A stretch of DNA of 61,508 nucleotides, counting the filler, from Globobulimina sp. (taxonomy: Eukaryota): assembly GCA_003354225.1 (NCBI GenBank). It is 12 parts of 12 records of this genome, joined end to end, with 100 filler letters (N's around TTAATTAATTAA, not from the genome) between each part and the next. Parts side by side here need not be neighbours in the genome. Positions count along the whole stretch, not along the records: positions 1 to 5,048 come from PIVH01000759.1; positions 5,149 to 10,193 come from PIVH01000760.1; positions 10,294 to 15,337 come from PIVH01000761.1; 9 more parts are not named here. The stretch is one strand, 5' to 3'. Below the pieces are notes generated by a model. It searched no databases. It was given only the letters and a program-made list of their open reading frames with translations, and was not told the DNA's origin. How positions within the stretch are numbered: position 1 is the stretch's first letter; every line of letters begins with the position of its first letter. This document shows, in pieces, positions 1 through 12,197 of the stretch. Both the position numbers and the translations under genes were made by a program.

Positions 1-882
1 TATTTAACATATGGATCTATTGGCTGCTTGTTTGTAGCAACTCTACTGTACACAATCAATAATATAATACAAATTAAACAAAACACATCAACTTTCTATT
101 GGATATGGAGAGTTGCTTTGTCTGAGGGAGTGTTGCTATCATACACAATATCTCAAGTATCAATGTACTGGTTACTTATCTTTAGAATATATTATGCATT
201 TCATGGGACCAAATATGCAGTATCCAAGTACGCCTACGTAGTATTTTTAATTTTACTCATTTTGTTTTTTATGTGTGGAATTGTGGCAGGATTTGCCAAT
301 TTTTTTGTTCTGCAAAATGAATATGCTGAAAACTTCGTTAATATCCCCATGGATACTATGCATGATCTCGGATCAGTTTATTTTTTCGGCAGTGCGTTAA
401 TAGATTTTTGCATTACAATTTTTTTGGTTGTGTTATTCATTAAAAAGTTATTGATAGTAACCACAGATATGGATGAAAATAAGTCGCATTTGTTTGTTGA
501 TGACAGAATATCGACATTGAACTATCAACAGAAAATATTATTAAATGTTATCACTAAATTCTTTGTATTAACGTTACTCGCAACATTATCAACGCAAATC
601 GACATAGCTCTCGCTGCAGTTTATCACATAGTTATTTTGCGTTATTGGAATATAATTAATGTGCGTATTATTTTTTCATTTTATTGGTGGTTATTCCCAA
701 TTGATTGCGTTGTTAATATGATTTGTTTGTATTTGATTCTTGAAGGAAGTGAGCAACATTACAGAAAAATATGTAATGGTTGTGATGCTTATACACGATT
801 GTGCTGCAAAAGAATTGCCAAGAAAAGTATCAAAAAGAAATTCCAAATACATAATGATGAGATAACAGTGCATTTGCTGTAA
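1..882 (+). CDS. 7TM GPCR-like membrane protein, 5'-partial
   Basis: Frame is open from base 1 (YLTYGSIGCLFVATL...). About 6 hydrophobic helices; last helix 'PIDCVVNMICLYL' followed by a Cys-rich tail 'YRKICNGCD', same architecture as 8810-9976. Confidence 0.7.
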   Translation, partial: YLTYGSIGCLFVATLLYTINNIIQIKQNTSTFYWIWRVALSEGVLLSYTISQVSMYWLLIFRIYYAFHGTKYAVSKYAYVVFLILLILFFMCGIVAGFANFFVLQNEYAENFVNIPMDTMHDLGSVYFFGSALIDFCITIFLVVLFIKKLLIVTTDMDENKSHLFVDDRISTLNYQQKILLNVITKFFVLTLLATLSTQIDIALAAVYHIVILRYWNIINVRIIFSFYWWLFPIDCVVNMICLYLILEGSEQHYRKICNGCDAYTRLCCKRIAKKSIKKKFQIHNDEITVHLL

Positions 883-1160
883 CAAAGTGTGTTGTTTTAT
901 CCTTGCACAGCAATATTAAATCCAACGTTATCTTCCCGTTTAGTAAACAAAAAACGTGTTGACGCACCGGTGATCATTTGACGCCGTACTGACGAAGACA
1001 ACAATTACAACATGGAATCAAATGTCTTGAATTGCAATGTTTATAGCTATTTTGAACATATTTAAGACACTTTGAAAAAAGAAAAAGAAACGAAAATATA
1101 TTAACACATAAAAAGCAAAATAATAATACGATATCTGACAACAAACAATAAGTCATAAAG

Positions 1161-2662
1161 TCACTCAGTTACAAATTCAGACACAACAAGTGTATGATCG
1201 GATAATTTATATCTCCCTAAAGCTAATAAATTATTTTTAATCTGTTTGCATTGGAAATTCGCAAAAATATGATCGATATTATACTGCGCTCTTTTAAATG
1301 TCGGTTCATATCTATTTAATTTATGATATTTTGGTCCTAAATGATGCGGTATATTAATATATGCTTTTTTTGTGAGTTTTACTTTTCGAATTCTTTTCTT
1401 TAATTTGCCACTTTCATTCGCTAACTTTAACTTTCTTAAATTGTCCGCATATGACTCTTTCCCTTGGCATGCTATGCAAGTTAAGGGGTCATCCCCTAAT
1501 TCCTCGTCAATGTCGCGATTTATCTTCCATTGCACGCTGATAATATCATCCTTTTCGTCATATTTCTTTTCCCTCTCTTCGTCCCCGCCGTGCCCCAAAC
1601 CATTGTTATATATCTCGACCCGCTGTGGATGTGACTCCATATCCACATTAAAATCGCCTTAAACAGGTTTTTTATGCGTGTTGACGCCAAAACTGCCAAC
1701 ATCAATCACCGTCATTTTGGGTGTCTGGCTTTTTTCCCGTCAACGCGAACAAAAAAAAAGGTATTAAAGTGAGCATACCCAAAATAATGCATTTATTAAT
1801 TAATTCCTTGCTTTCCCAATTTGTATATAACCACAACTTCAACTCTTTGATTTGTAGCAATCTCTCATGCCCAGCTCCGGCTGCCTGCATATGCGTATTT
1901 ATTAACATAAATTTCTGTTTCTCAAAATAGCACCACAACCACCCTTTATTTGACAAGGAGTCGTTGCATGCATCGTTTATATACGGCTGGAAGCCCCATT
2001 GCGTCGCTTTTTTGTTACATAATGTGGTCAAACCATTGCACATAAATTTGGTGATGGGGATGTTGTTATTATTCATTGCAAACGGCAAATAATTCCGCAT
2101 TTTATGACTGAATCTTGCTTTGGGATTATATCGAACCGGTAAACACTTTAAAATGGGCAAAACACCAAATAAGATGGATAAAATCGTAAAAAATGCTGCA
2201 AAAAAACGACCTGCAAATATTTTTTTTTTGTGTACATGTCCACATATTTTTTGCTTCTGAAACAGAATAAATGTATAAAGTCAAACCGATATATGGTATA
2301 TACTCAAAATATGCTATGATTCTAATTAGAAATGGAGGGAATATGCCAGTTTTCCAACACCATAATTCTTGGATGGCGACCACAATCAATCCATCATAAT
2401 TCTGCCATTCTTGTTTTTTTGCGAGGTCGTGTAAATAAGTGGAGCAACGATCTGGGTTTGAGAGACAGCGCGGCGATGATACTGGCATACACCACAGGTT
2501 CCATGTCATTAATTTATATGTGTTCCATGTGTTGTTGTTGTTGGTGTTATTATGATTGGAGACTAGTGATATTGTTGGCTCTTTTGCGTCTACTACGGCT
2601 GTGTCGGGTGAATTTGTGGTATTATCACCCAATTCGAGTTGCTCGCTTAGATTTGATTGCAT
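1161..2662 (-). CDS. Endonuclease/exonuclease/phosphatase (EEP, sphingomyelinase-like) protein, 3 exons
   Basis: Motifs TWNLW, IQE, NKG, NTHMQ, GDFN, IDHIF, SDH. GT-AG introns 2211-2286 and 1658-1778 join three ORFs in frame and create the GDFN motif. Confidence 0.85.
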
Positions 2663-2732
2663 TTTGTTTTATGTTTGTAATTGCGACATGAAAGGTATCA
2701 GCAATATAATAAAGCATAAAAAAAAAACTTTG

Positions 2733-2954
2733 TCATTTTTCAAAATATCTCATTTGAAAACTGACTCTATTTTCTTCCAACACTGGAAATCTCAATCTTA
2801 ATTCTTTTGGACACGTTGCACTACCTTCAATACCAATGATTCCATGCCATATTTCTTCTCTTTTATGACCATCAAAAACTAATAAATCACCACTTTCAAA
2901 TTTAAATATTGTATTACGGATTTCGAATTGATGTACCCTTTTTTTTTGTATCAA
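2733..2954 (-). pseudogene. C-terminal fragment of an AlkB-like 2OG-Fe(II) dioxygenase
   Basis: 'ESGDLLVFDG...WHGI...RVSFQMR' fits the distal His and RxSxxxR of the AlkB fold. No N-terminal HxD exon is visible; a foldback element lies just upstream. Confidence 0.55.
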
Positions 2955-3001
2955 AAGTTGTAAAAGTAAAAAAATGATGAAATGTTAAAATGTATGCAAA
3001 T

Positions 3002-3252
3002 CATGAAAAACTGTCAAAAATAAATATTTATGAGATATCAATATTGATAAAAGTATGAAATCATCGAAAATTGTAAAATTCCGATGAAAGTTTCTCAGAA
3101 TCACGACAAAATATTGCAGTGTCGCCACAAAATCATCATCGGAATTTTGATATTTTGATATTTTCATCGACATTTTACAATTTTCGATGATTTCCTACTT
3201 TTATCAATATTGCTGATATCCCATAAATATTTATTTTTGACAGTTTTTCATG
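3002..3252. mobile_element. Foldback/MITE-like element with about 88-bp inverted arms
   Basis: 3002-3089 (CATGAAAAACTGTCAAAAATAAATATTTATG...) is the near-perfect reverse complement of 3162-3252. Spacer about 72 nt; no clear TSD. Confidence 0.8.
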
Positions 3253-3361
3253 TAATAATAAGTATAGATTACGAGCCAATTGCAATAGTTGTGAGTCCTG
3301 TGACTACAGTGGCTCTATTTAACTTGTGTAGGCTCGATTACATTGTGTGTATATTGTTACA

Positions 3362-4506
3362 TTAAAGTGAATCAATGGCAAAGTATACCATAAATGGAAC
3401 CAATATTGTTCCAAACACTGCAATAACAAACGATAAATAATATTTATATTTTGCATATTTCCTATTCCTCAATGTATCACTTTTTAGGTTTTTGTAGGCA
3501 AAAAAATATATTAACCCCGGAAAAATGATCTGATTGAATGCAGCCGCAGTGGCACCATTTAGTTGCAACAAAAATCCTAAATCATTGGTAGACAATAATA
3601 TCATGAGTGTAATTGCAATAATAATAAATACTAAAATATAAAACTTATAGGTTTGTATAGTAGTAATGTTTTGATTCTGTCGTTTAATTGTTAATGTATA
3701 CAATCTAAATATACCAATTTATACAAACTATACTTATCGTTTTTGATACGCGATACCAAATAAGATTGACGCTAAACTATTTTTAATTGTATTCGCTAAA
3801 TAGAATATGAAAATGACAAAGCAATGCATAATGCGACTCGTAACATATTAATTGAAAGCAAAGAAGCCGGATAATTCAACAATACATTTGCCAATATATT
3901 GTCACCAAAAGTGAAATATCCACCAAATCCAACACACATAAATATTAAAGTCTATGTGCAGGAAAATAACCAAACAATTGTATTAATTCTATTTGTTGTT
4001 GGTTCCTTTAATTCAGATACTTGCGCAAATACAGTCACATGAACTCCGTAAGCCATTGTAAACAAAGAGAGTGTCCTGAAAAATAATAACGGTGAAGAAT
4101 TTGTTGGCCATTCGTTATAAACAATATTATCGTTTTCGATGTTTTCATTGTCAATATATACAAATACGACCACTACAAAATATAAAAAACACAACAATCC
4201 TATAAATGATGCATATTTCAATGAATTAATTGTGCGCATAATTATAGTTGGAATAATTAAAAGTAAGACAGATATGGATATCCAAAATCTTCTGTTATAA
4301 TAAATATGTGTAGAATCGGCGGGAAATAATTGCAATGTGATTAAGCTCATAAAATCGCCAATAATAATTTGATACGAAGTGCATGACAGTAATAATTCAA
4401 TAACTAAAGAATATTCAGATAACATATATAGCCAACTTATATCATATTTACTGCACACAATCGCATAGGACGAGACTGGCAGTGTGGCACCAATTTCCAT
4501 CATCAT
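3362..4506 (-). pseudogene. Amino-acid transporter (Aa_trans, SLC38/AVT-like) pseudogene
   Basis: Motifs SYQIIIGD, INSLKYASFIG, AYGVH, GFGGYFTFG, GATAA...IFPG. In-frame TAG at 3952-3954, a second TAG at 3796-3798 (SYSI*), and a frameshift near 3780. 5' exons not found. Confidence 0.75.
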
Positions 4507-5048
4507 ATAAACTGTTTTTAGTTAATGATTTGACGGGACGAGTCCCAACGATTGGCTGAAAAACTAAACTCTGAATGATTGGTTTATTATAAAATAATAA
4601 TAACCAAATCGGACTTATATTCAAGAAATGAAGATAAGCAGAGTATAAAAATCATATACCGAAAGACATACAATTTTGCTCTCCAAAAAGGAGGTCTAAC
4701 AAAGTTAGATAGTTAATTGTAAACGACTAGTCTTATAAGTAATATTTAAAACTAATTCACTGCAAAGCAGGTTACTTTAAATAGTTCGATCTAAGTAATA
4801 TAAAAAGATTACTCGCACAGGCTATCTGAACCTATAATAAAAAGAAAAATTCATTAAAATATTACTAAAATAAATCTTCCTAAAAAAATAAGATTGCGCA
4901 CAATCTTAAAAAAGCCCCAAAAATCAATCAAAACTAAAAAATGCGAGAAACTTCGAGTTTTATTAAGAAAACCTCTTTTCGTTTCCGCATTTCGTAAATA
5001 TAATTATAAAAACATTTGTTTGTCTAAAGAGAAACAGTGTTGTTTTTA

Positions 5049-5148
5049 NNNNNNNNNNNNNNNNNNNNNNNNNNNNNNNNNNNNNNNNNNNNTTAATTAA
5101 TTAANNNNNNNNNNNNNNNNNNNNNNNNNNNNNNNNNNNNNNNNNNNN
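5049..5148. other. Artificial contig linker (N44-TTAATTAATTAA-N44), first of 11
   Basis: Identical 100-nt spacer with stops in all six frames, also at 10194-10293, 15338-15437, 20478-20577, 25614-25713, 30750-30849, 35882-35981, 41013-41112, 46142-46241, 51267-51366, 56390-56489. Intervening segment lengths never increase. Confidence 0.99.
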
Positions 5149-5434
5149 CTTCCTCCGCTACGATTACATGTTTTGGTTTTTGTGGCAATGATGATAGGCT
5201 TTGAATGGCACAGACTACGAATGGAGTGGATAAAGGTTGGGATGCTGATAAATCTGATATTAATTTAATAAATGATGGGGAACTCATTGATATCGTATCT
5301 CTGTTCGTCATGCCATGCTTTATCAGGAATGGCTTGGCCTGTTCGAGATGGTTTTGTTCGATCCATTTATCAAAGTCAAAGCCATCATCTTCACCTTGAT
5401 TTTGGCCATCAACGGTTTCTCGCAGACTTGCCAT
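5149..5434 (-). CDS. SAM-like domain protein, 3'-partial
   Basis: 'FDFDKWIEQNHLEQAKPFLIKHGM' resembles a SAM domain start; the ORF runs off the contig. Confidence 0.5.
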
Positions 5435-5842
5435 TATCACTCAAGAAAACTACGATGTTTTACTAAAACTTAAACGTAATTATGTTGGTCAAAAGGTGCG
5501 CCTGTTTGAAAATAGAATGTTGACAAAAACACTCACTCACGTTACAGTTGAAAGGGCAATATTACACTAATACATCAATACGAGTCTGAAGAGAAAATAA
5601 ACAAACCCAGAAACTACGTTAGTATGTACTGTTGAAATATACGTATTAGTAGTACTGATAAAAACGTTTCTTTTTTTCAATATTTTTGTGATCTGAATAT
5701 GATTGTCAACCAATATTTGCTATCGAAAGATGTATATTCAATTATCTGTCAGACATCATATATTACTTAAAAGTCTAAATCCGATCACCACAATGAAAAT
5801 TAGCTCATAATTTAAAGTGTTAAAAGTTTTACCTCTAAAATA

Positions 5843-7264
5843 ATGACAACAAATAATAACACCTTACCATTGAATACTAAAGATACAGATGGAAAAAAGC
5901 ACATTGTACAGAATCAAGGTGGTTACATCGTATTAGCGAACGAAGAAGACATTACCACAAATCCACCACAGCATTTATCAACACGTAACACCGCTGATAC
6001 GTACACCAAATACGATAACTGTGCTACTTTCATACTAATTGCCGCCATAATATTCCTCATGAGCTGGATTGCCTGGATTACTCTCAACATATTTCATTAC
6101 GGCATACAAACTGCATATTGCAAACACCCACAACAGTCATGCGACAATAACATTGACCACAATACCAATCCAATATGTTGCCAGGATGATGGAGTTGAGC
6201 ATACCTGCTTTAATCCATCAGTAACATCATCGGAAAATGTATGTAGCACTCCGTCAGAAACAATATCAACATTTATAGTCCAACTGTTACTGTTACTGCT
6301 TATCATTTGTTACCTTCTCTTATTGTGCCAAGCATCCATAACCGGAATAAAAATCGGCACAAATGATTCACCAAAACATCCATGTCAACACATATTGGAT
6401 AAACGTATTAATCTCCGCAAATATGCCTATTCAAAGCGTGAGACACCACAAAAAACAGCAGTTGATTTCCTGTGGAATGCATTGACGATATTATCAGTGT
6501 TAAAGCTATTGCGCGATACACCAATCATAATCGTGAATATTTGTGCAGACAATCATGCTTTGTATGCTGTTGGAATAGCTCTGTTATTCACTGATATTGG
6601 TAATATAACACAAACATTATGGGCAAATTACAGTTGTTGCTGTAATCCGTGCCGCGGTAAATGTTGTGGCGATGCCTGTTTTTGTGACTATTGCTGTGTG
6701 TACATTGCATGCAAGTGTTTCTGTAATCATTTCCCTGACCATCACAAAGCATATGTTGACTCCATTGGAAACGTTGTGAATTTGTCCAATTATTTGCGTT
6801 TGGCAGCTGCGACGAGTCAGATTACTGCGGTGGGCTTTGTTGAGTCGACCACAGAGTATCATGTATGGCTGTTATGCTTGAATTTTGTATTTGGAGTTAT
6901 GAGCATTGTTGGAACGTTGAAAATATACTGGAAATATTACTATTTGTTGTGCTTTTATTGGAGTAGGACGGCAGTGAATAAATGTGAGAGCTATAAAATA
7001 ATTGAATTGCTAAATAAATTGTTGGTGGAAGCGTATATATTTAGAATTAAAGTAGAAAATAGTGATGAATTTGTCCGCATTGACGAGGAGCAGGGAATTG
7101 TGAATAAAGTGAATGTTGTATGTGACAGTTGGACATTGATTTGGACCTTGCATGTGTTGAGTATGTGTGTTGGAATAATGTTTTTGTTTTGGAGTTGGAC
7201 GGAGAAATTAAATCAAGATTTTAATATCAATGGGGGTCTGAGTTTTGTTCTGAGTTGGATATAG
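5843..7264 (+). CDS. Multi-pass membrane protein with Cys-rich loops, unknown function
   Basis: 473-aa intronless ORF, about 7 hydrophobic segments, Cys string 'SCCCNPCRGKCCGDACFCDYCC'. Confidence 0.75.
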   Translation: MTTNNNTLPLNTKDTDGKKHIVQNQGGYIVLANEEDITTNPPQHLSTRNTADTYTKYDNCATFILIAAIIFLMSWIAWITLNIFHYGIQTAYCKHPQQSCDNNIDHNTNPICCQDDGVEHTCFNPSVTSSENVCSTPSETISTFIVQLLLLLLIICYLLLLCQASITGIKIGTNDSPKHPCQHILDKRINLRKYAYSKRETPQKTAVDFLWNALTILSVLKLLRDTPIIIVNICADNHALYAVGIALLFTDIGNITQTLWANYSCCCNPCRGKCCGDACFCDYCCVYIACKCFCNHFPDHHKAYVDSIGNVVNLSNYLRLAAATSQITAVGFVESTTEYHVWLLCLNFVFGVMSIVGTLKIYWKYYYLLCFYWSRTAVNKCESYKIIELLNKLLVEAYIFRIKVENSDEFVRIDEEQGIVNKVNVVCDSWTLIWTLHVLSMCVGIMFLFWSWTEKLNQDFNINGGLSFVLSWI

Positions 7265-7387
7265 ACAAATTGCTCATGTATTAGATGCATGTTTAACTTA
7301 CTTGAAAGGCAAAGTTTTTTAGACTTCGCGTATTTTCATCAACTTTTCACAGTTTCTGAATGTTAAACTATTAATAATATACTCGTT

Positions 7388-8080
7388 ATGAAGGTTAATA
7401 TTACAGAATATGGAACGCAATCAATAACCACCGATATAGAACCTCCACCAAAACAAAACACTACAAAATTTGTATATTGCTCTGTGGCAACATTTACCTG
7501 TTTATGTTTAACCATTTATTTTGTTTCTGCTCATTTTTCACAAAATCCTGCAACCGGACGGACAGAAATGAAAACCGAGGAATCAAGAAATATCGCTGCT
7601 ATTAAAATTGAAAATTGTGCTGATGATGGAGATGTATCATGTGATGCTAAGTATGGATGTTGTTCGTATCAAGAAGATATACAAATTGTTATGACCAATA
7701 TAGCGCAGCGATGGACGGATTATAGTGAATATATACAAGATAAAACGGAGGAAATATTAGAATTTGATGGTTGTGTTGCAAATAAATTCGCCAGTAATCG
7801 TCTAATTTGTGATGGAAATTGTAATGTCGTAGGCTTTAATATTGATTCTTTTGAGGCAAATATTTGTAAGAATACATTTTTGGATAACATGAAATCGACA
7901 TTAAAACCATATCGTAGGTCGTGTATTGCCTCATTGCTATCCCGTCAATTTGCAACATTGTGTGGAAGGAGAAAAGAGATATCCGCCGCTGTGGAGAGAG
8001 CCACATTTCTGTGGTGGAAAGAGGTTTATGCAGTTAGCTCAACATGGACTCATGAAAATTGTCCATATTATATTTTATAG
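7388..8080 (+). CDS. Single-pass (type II) membrane protein with Cys-rich ectodomain
   Basis: 230-aa ORF, one N-proximal TM helix, many Cys. Confidence 0.7.
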   Translation: MKVNITEYGTQSITTDIEPPPKQNTTKFVYCSVATFTCLCLTIYFVSAHFSQNPATGRTEMKTEESRNIAAIKIENCADDGDVSCDAKYGCCSYQEDIQIVMTNIAQRWTDYSEYIQDKTEEILEFDGCVANKFASNRLICDGNCNVVGFNIDSFEANICKNTFLDNMKSTLKPYRRSCIASLLSRQFATLCGRRKEISAAVERATFLWWKEVYAVSSTWTHENCPYYIL

Positions 8081-8640
8081 TAATTGTAATTGAATTCAAT
8101 TGTATTTCTATAATTCTATTATAAAATATCACCAAAGTCAACAATTGCTAATTTTATTGAATGTTATTAGGAATCTGTTTTTTTTTGTGTTTGTACTTTC
8201 GACTTTCGTGATTATTGATAAAATAAAATAAATTCAAAGAGGGGAATTTTCCTTTAATTTCAACACCAAAATTCGTAAATTTGAAACTCAGTTTCAAATT
8301 CAACCAAACCCAACAAACAGATGTATACAATAAGGGGCATATACAACCCATAATAAACTGTATACTAAGAGTTGGATCTATACGGTATAGACTATACCCA
8401 CAACGCGTACGGTAAAAAAATAACAACCCATATTGAAATAAATTTAACCATCAGGTGTTAGAGCACTTTTTGCGTACATCGCGTATCAGTTTGGTCTGAA
8501 AAACAACAAAGAATCCAAATGGTGTTGTTCCTGACCCACTAATTACGACAATTATTAAGGAAAACAAGTTTAAATGAACGTGTTGTTTGGTTTTGTTATT
8601 TAATTTTTTATGTACGTGTCGATTAAAAACAGCTTATAAG

Positions 8641-8704
8641 CAGGATTAATCGGATCATGGCAAAAACGGCAATGACTGTGATTTTGGTGATCGGATTAAT
8701 CCTG
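8641..8704. repeat. Short inverted-repeat (hairpin) element
   Basis: CAGGATTAATCGGATCA ... TGATCGGATTAATCCTG, 16 of 17 bp complementary, 30-nt spacer. Confidence 0.7.
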
Positions 8705-8809
8705 TGGCAAGAGAACAGAAAGTTCCATTTAAGGCATGTTCATGTTCGTCTTCCCAAAATCTTTTTGAAGTGATCTAGTCATCCAGTTTTCTACTTGGAT
8801 TCGGCAAAC

Positions 8810-9976
8810 ATGGCAATGTTGTCTACGATCTTTAATATTTCCCACCTGTGCATCAGCAGCATCATATCTTTATCAATCCTGTTTGTATTATATCAATTCA
8901 TTCTCAATTTCACCAAATTAACAGCAAAGAGAGCATCCGAATTTTGCATTGGTTTATTTTTCATCGTCACCACTTTTATTTTTCTTTGCCTGTGGAGTTT
9001 TTTTATATTATCAAATTATTTACCACCTAAACCTTACGAATTCCATCATATAAATATACTTTTGGGCATATTATATATATTACAATATTATTCATTGTTA
9101 TTCTCCTTATTTGCTCGCTTACGTAACACATTCAGTAATTCGGGCTATTTAAAATTATCGGTAATGACAGTCAGAGTGTTTTACTGTGCATTTGCCTGCA
9201 CTCTAATTGCGATTATATCATTTTGCATAACTATAGAGACACGAATGCGAGGTACTGTTTTCTGGATATTTGCTATCGGATTTATAGCCTGTTTTGTCAT
9301 AACATTAATATTGACAATAAATTTATCGTTTATTTGCAAATTAATTAAAATATATAAATTCAATGCATCAAATGTCCAAATAATGAGAATCATTACAAAA
9401 ACAATCACATTGACCTTCATATCAACATTGGTAACAATATTATCACTCATATTTATCATTTATAGATTTGCTATAAACGCTGCATTTATATCGGTGTATA
9501 TTGCCTTATGCAGTGACTTACTGATTACATTTGATATTTATACCAATTTCCTGTGCATTGTTCTACCATTTAACTATTTCAATAAATTGTACAATATCTT
9601 ATGTGGTTGCACACATTCTAAATGTGAGCATATATGGAAAAGTGTAGTGATACCTACAGAAAGGGACGAAAATGAATTGCAATATCCGAACGACAGAGAA
9701 TTACAAATGGTGAAGCAAAATAGAGCTAAATCATCAGAGAATAAGTCATTGGCCAAAATATATTCGCGATCGGAAAGTTTAATCAAACAGCAACCGGTGC
9801 AAAAAGTAACAGCCATTAAACGTTCACATTCGATGTCTGCTCCAACAACACACAATTTCCTCAAAAAAAATAGCAAAATAACTGCTATCGACATATCAAT
9901 ATTACCTCCAATCGCGCCATCGAGAACGCCCACTATTTGTACACAACATAATGGCCAAAATGGTATGATATATTAA
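8810..9976 (+). CDS. 7TM GPCR-like receptor
   Basis: Seven hydrophobic helices; 'DIYTNFLCIVL...YNILCGCTH' at the last helix and tail; polar C-terminus. Confidence 0.75.
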   Translation: MAMLSTIFNISHLCISSIISLSILFVLYQFILNFTKLTAKRASEFCIGLFFIVTTFIFLCLWSFFILSNYLPPKPYEFHHINILLGILYILQYYSLLFSLFARLRNTFSNSGYLKLSVMTVRVFYCAFACTLIAIISFCITIETRMRGTVFWIFAIGFIACFVITLILTINLSFICKLIKIYKFNASNVQIMRIITKTITLTFISTLVTILSLIFIIYRFAINAAFISVYIALCSDLLITFDIYTNFLCIVLPFNYFNKLYNILCGCTHSKCEHIWKSVVIPTERDENELQYPNDRELQMVKQNRAKSSENKSLAKIYSRSESLIKQQPVQKVTAIKRSHSMSAPTTHNFLKKNSKITAIDISILPPIAPSRTPTICTQHNGQNGMIY

Positions 9977-10319
9977 ACAACATTTTATTATCAAACATAT
10001 GACATTTATGCTGTGGAAATAAATAGATCACCATTTAAATATGCATATACGAATAAGTTAATCTATTATCTATATTTGTTTATGTTAATAGTTTGTGAAT
10101 TATATGTGTTTGCTATTGGACAGATGCACCAAATACAATGAACCTAAGTGCTGCCGCAGCTACTCCAGTGTCAAATAAATATCACAGTCCCAANNNNNNN
10201 NNNNNNNNNNNNNNNNNNNNNNNNNNNNNNNNNNNNNTTAATTAATTAANNNNNNNNNNNNNNNNNNNNNNNNNNNNNNNNNNNNNNNNNNNNGAAATAG
10301 ACAAAATCGACAAAAAAGT

Positions 10320-10456
10320 GAGCGCACTGCTACATCCACAACATAGGCAACGTGTGGCTGGGCCGTAAATAATGCTGGACCTATTTTAGGAGTTGACCAA
10401 TGGACGTATTGGATCCGACGGAAGGATCAACAACGTTGCTTCCTCTATAGCTGCTC
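10320..10456 (-). ncRNA. Candidate novel structured RNA, copy 1
   Basis: Inverted paralog of 13861-13994. Stems preserved by one compensatory and three G-U-compatible changes; followed by AC-T6 on the minus strand. Confidence 0.5.
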
Positions 10457-10740
10457 TCTTTTTGTCTCTTTTGGTTTCTTTCTTTCTTTCTTTCTTGCGA
10501 CGTCTACTTACTTTTTACCCCAACAATCCACAATGTAGATTTTCTATTTTCTATAGGCAAACTTTTTGATGACTGCCCATTTGAGATAGCAAAATGGCAT
10601 GCAACGAGAAAAAAAAACAGTAAAGTCACCACAATAATTCAACAAAAATAATTATCCCTCACATCAACTCAACCGTACAAGAAATAGAAGTCGTAACCAC
10701 CATCACCATGATGGCAGTTCCCAATCGAGATAAACGACAC

Positions 10741-11147
10741 AAATCCGATAAAAATAAAAATAGAAACATCAAAAACTCAAACCGATGATAATAAATGCGC
10801 AGTGATTGAATCTCGCAATGAATTTGCAAACAAATATCGAGCGAGCCACAATGAATAAATATTACAATGATGTGATCGTAGTCAAATTGAACAATTATTA
10901 CAACAACAAATTAAATCCAATCCGCGTTTTATGATTGAAAACGACGAAAGTTTCCGGAATCGCATTGCCAAATTAAAAGGTCTAAACACTTACGAATTAA
11001 AAGGATGAGTTTAATTCGATGACCACATTTACGGCAAAAACAACCTGCACAACAACCGAGAAAGAAAAGGGCCTGAAAAACAAGCGCGAATTGAAGCACA
11101 TTGACCGCCTGAAAGAATACCCCAAACTGCGGAAGTTGATGCAGTCT
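10741..11147 (+). pseudogene. Decayed fragment of an unknown multicopy ORF (repeat Y, copy 1)
   Basis: 10741-11080 is highly similar to 14412-14680. Translates as 'NKCAVIESRNEFANKY...DESFRNRIAKLKGLNTYEL...' with stops and frameshifts. Confidence 0.7.
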
Positions 11148-11148
11148 A

Positions 11149-12151
11149 AAATCAGTTGCGTTAAATCTGAAAAAAAGAGGCGATCAAATCTTATGTGATA
11201 AATTAATATCGACAGCCGATGTTGTAGTCGAATCATTTCGTCCCGGCGTTATGAAAAAGTTCGGTTTTGCTCCTAAACAATTACTAGCAAAATATCCAGC
11301 ATTAATCATCTGTTCAATATCCGGATATGGGCAGACTGGGCCAAATCATATGAGAGCTGGCCATGATATTAATTATATATCAAAAGCGGGTTTAACCGGA
11401 TTGATGAAAAAACCCACATTGCCACCGGCACAAATCGCAGATCTGTGCGGTGGTTCCTTCCCTGCGGCGTTACAAATAATTGCTGCTTTGTACTACCGGC
11501 AAAACAACGGCAATAAAGGCAATATCATTGACGTTTCAATGACTGATTGTTCATATGCTTTAGGTACGGAATAGGACACTTTTATATGTATAGGTAATAT
11601 GTGTTGCACTTCAATGATATTCAGGCTGTTTCCCGCAAACTATGGTTCAAAATACAAGCGCCAAAACGAGCGGAGGCCAGTTTCATTTATGTGGCGCTGT
11701 GCCATGTTACAATGTTTATGAATGTCAGGACGGATATATTTCAGTTGGTGCTCTGGAACCAAAATTTTGGAAACGTTGCTGTTTGGAAATCTTGAATGCG
11801 AAACATTTGGTGCACAAAGGATTGGTTTTGAATAAGCAGTGCGAGAGAGTCAAGGAAGAAGTTGCACAGATATTTAAGCGAAGGACTTGCAAAGAATGGC
11901 AGCCAATCATTGCCAAATCTGATTGTTGTGTAGAGATTGTTCCATTGGTAGAAGAGGTTCGAAACGATCCTCAATTAATTGCGCGAGATTTGAATATTAA
12001 AGTTAATGTCAGGAATAAAAGAAAAAATAAATCGCAAATAATCACGGTACCCAAATCACCGTTGAATATGTTGCATGGAGTTGACTTTCAAAGTAAACCC
12101 GCTCCAGCAAGGATTGGGCAAAATAATGATGAAATATTGAGTAAGTTGTGA
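11149..12151 (+). CDS. CaiB/BaiF family III CoA-transferase (AMACR-like), 5'-truncated
   Basis: KSVALNLK, DVVVESFRPGVM, SISGYGQTGP, GHDINY, YNVYECQDG, VGALEPKFW; intron 11564-11624. In-frame TGA at 11137, so the usual N-terminal region (about 70 aa) is absent. Confidence 0.85.
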
Positions 12152-12197
12152 TTTGAAGTTGCTGTTTTCTCAGAAAAAAAACTTTTTTTTTAACAGA

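Noticed and set aside
3796-3954. In-frame TAG/TAA/TGA codons in several genes suggesting a variant genetic code
   Set aside because: All three stops end intact genes here (TAA: Rab, TAF5, DOCK; TAG: 7264, 8080, 16042; TGA: 12151, 27223). Long conserved ORFs have no internal stops, and the transporter also has a frameshift.
10320-10456. Assigning the structured element to U5, U11, 5S rRNA, a TPP/lysine riboswitch or a group I intron core
   Set aside because: Only isolated short words match (UUUAC, CGAUCC, AUAAUGC, AUGCUGGA); required motifs and their order are absent.
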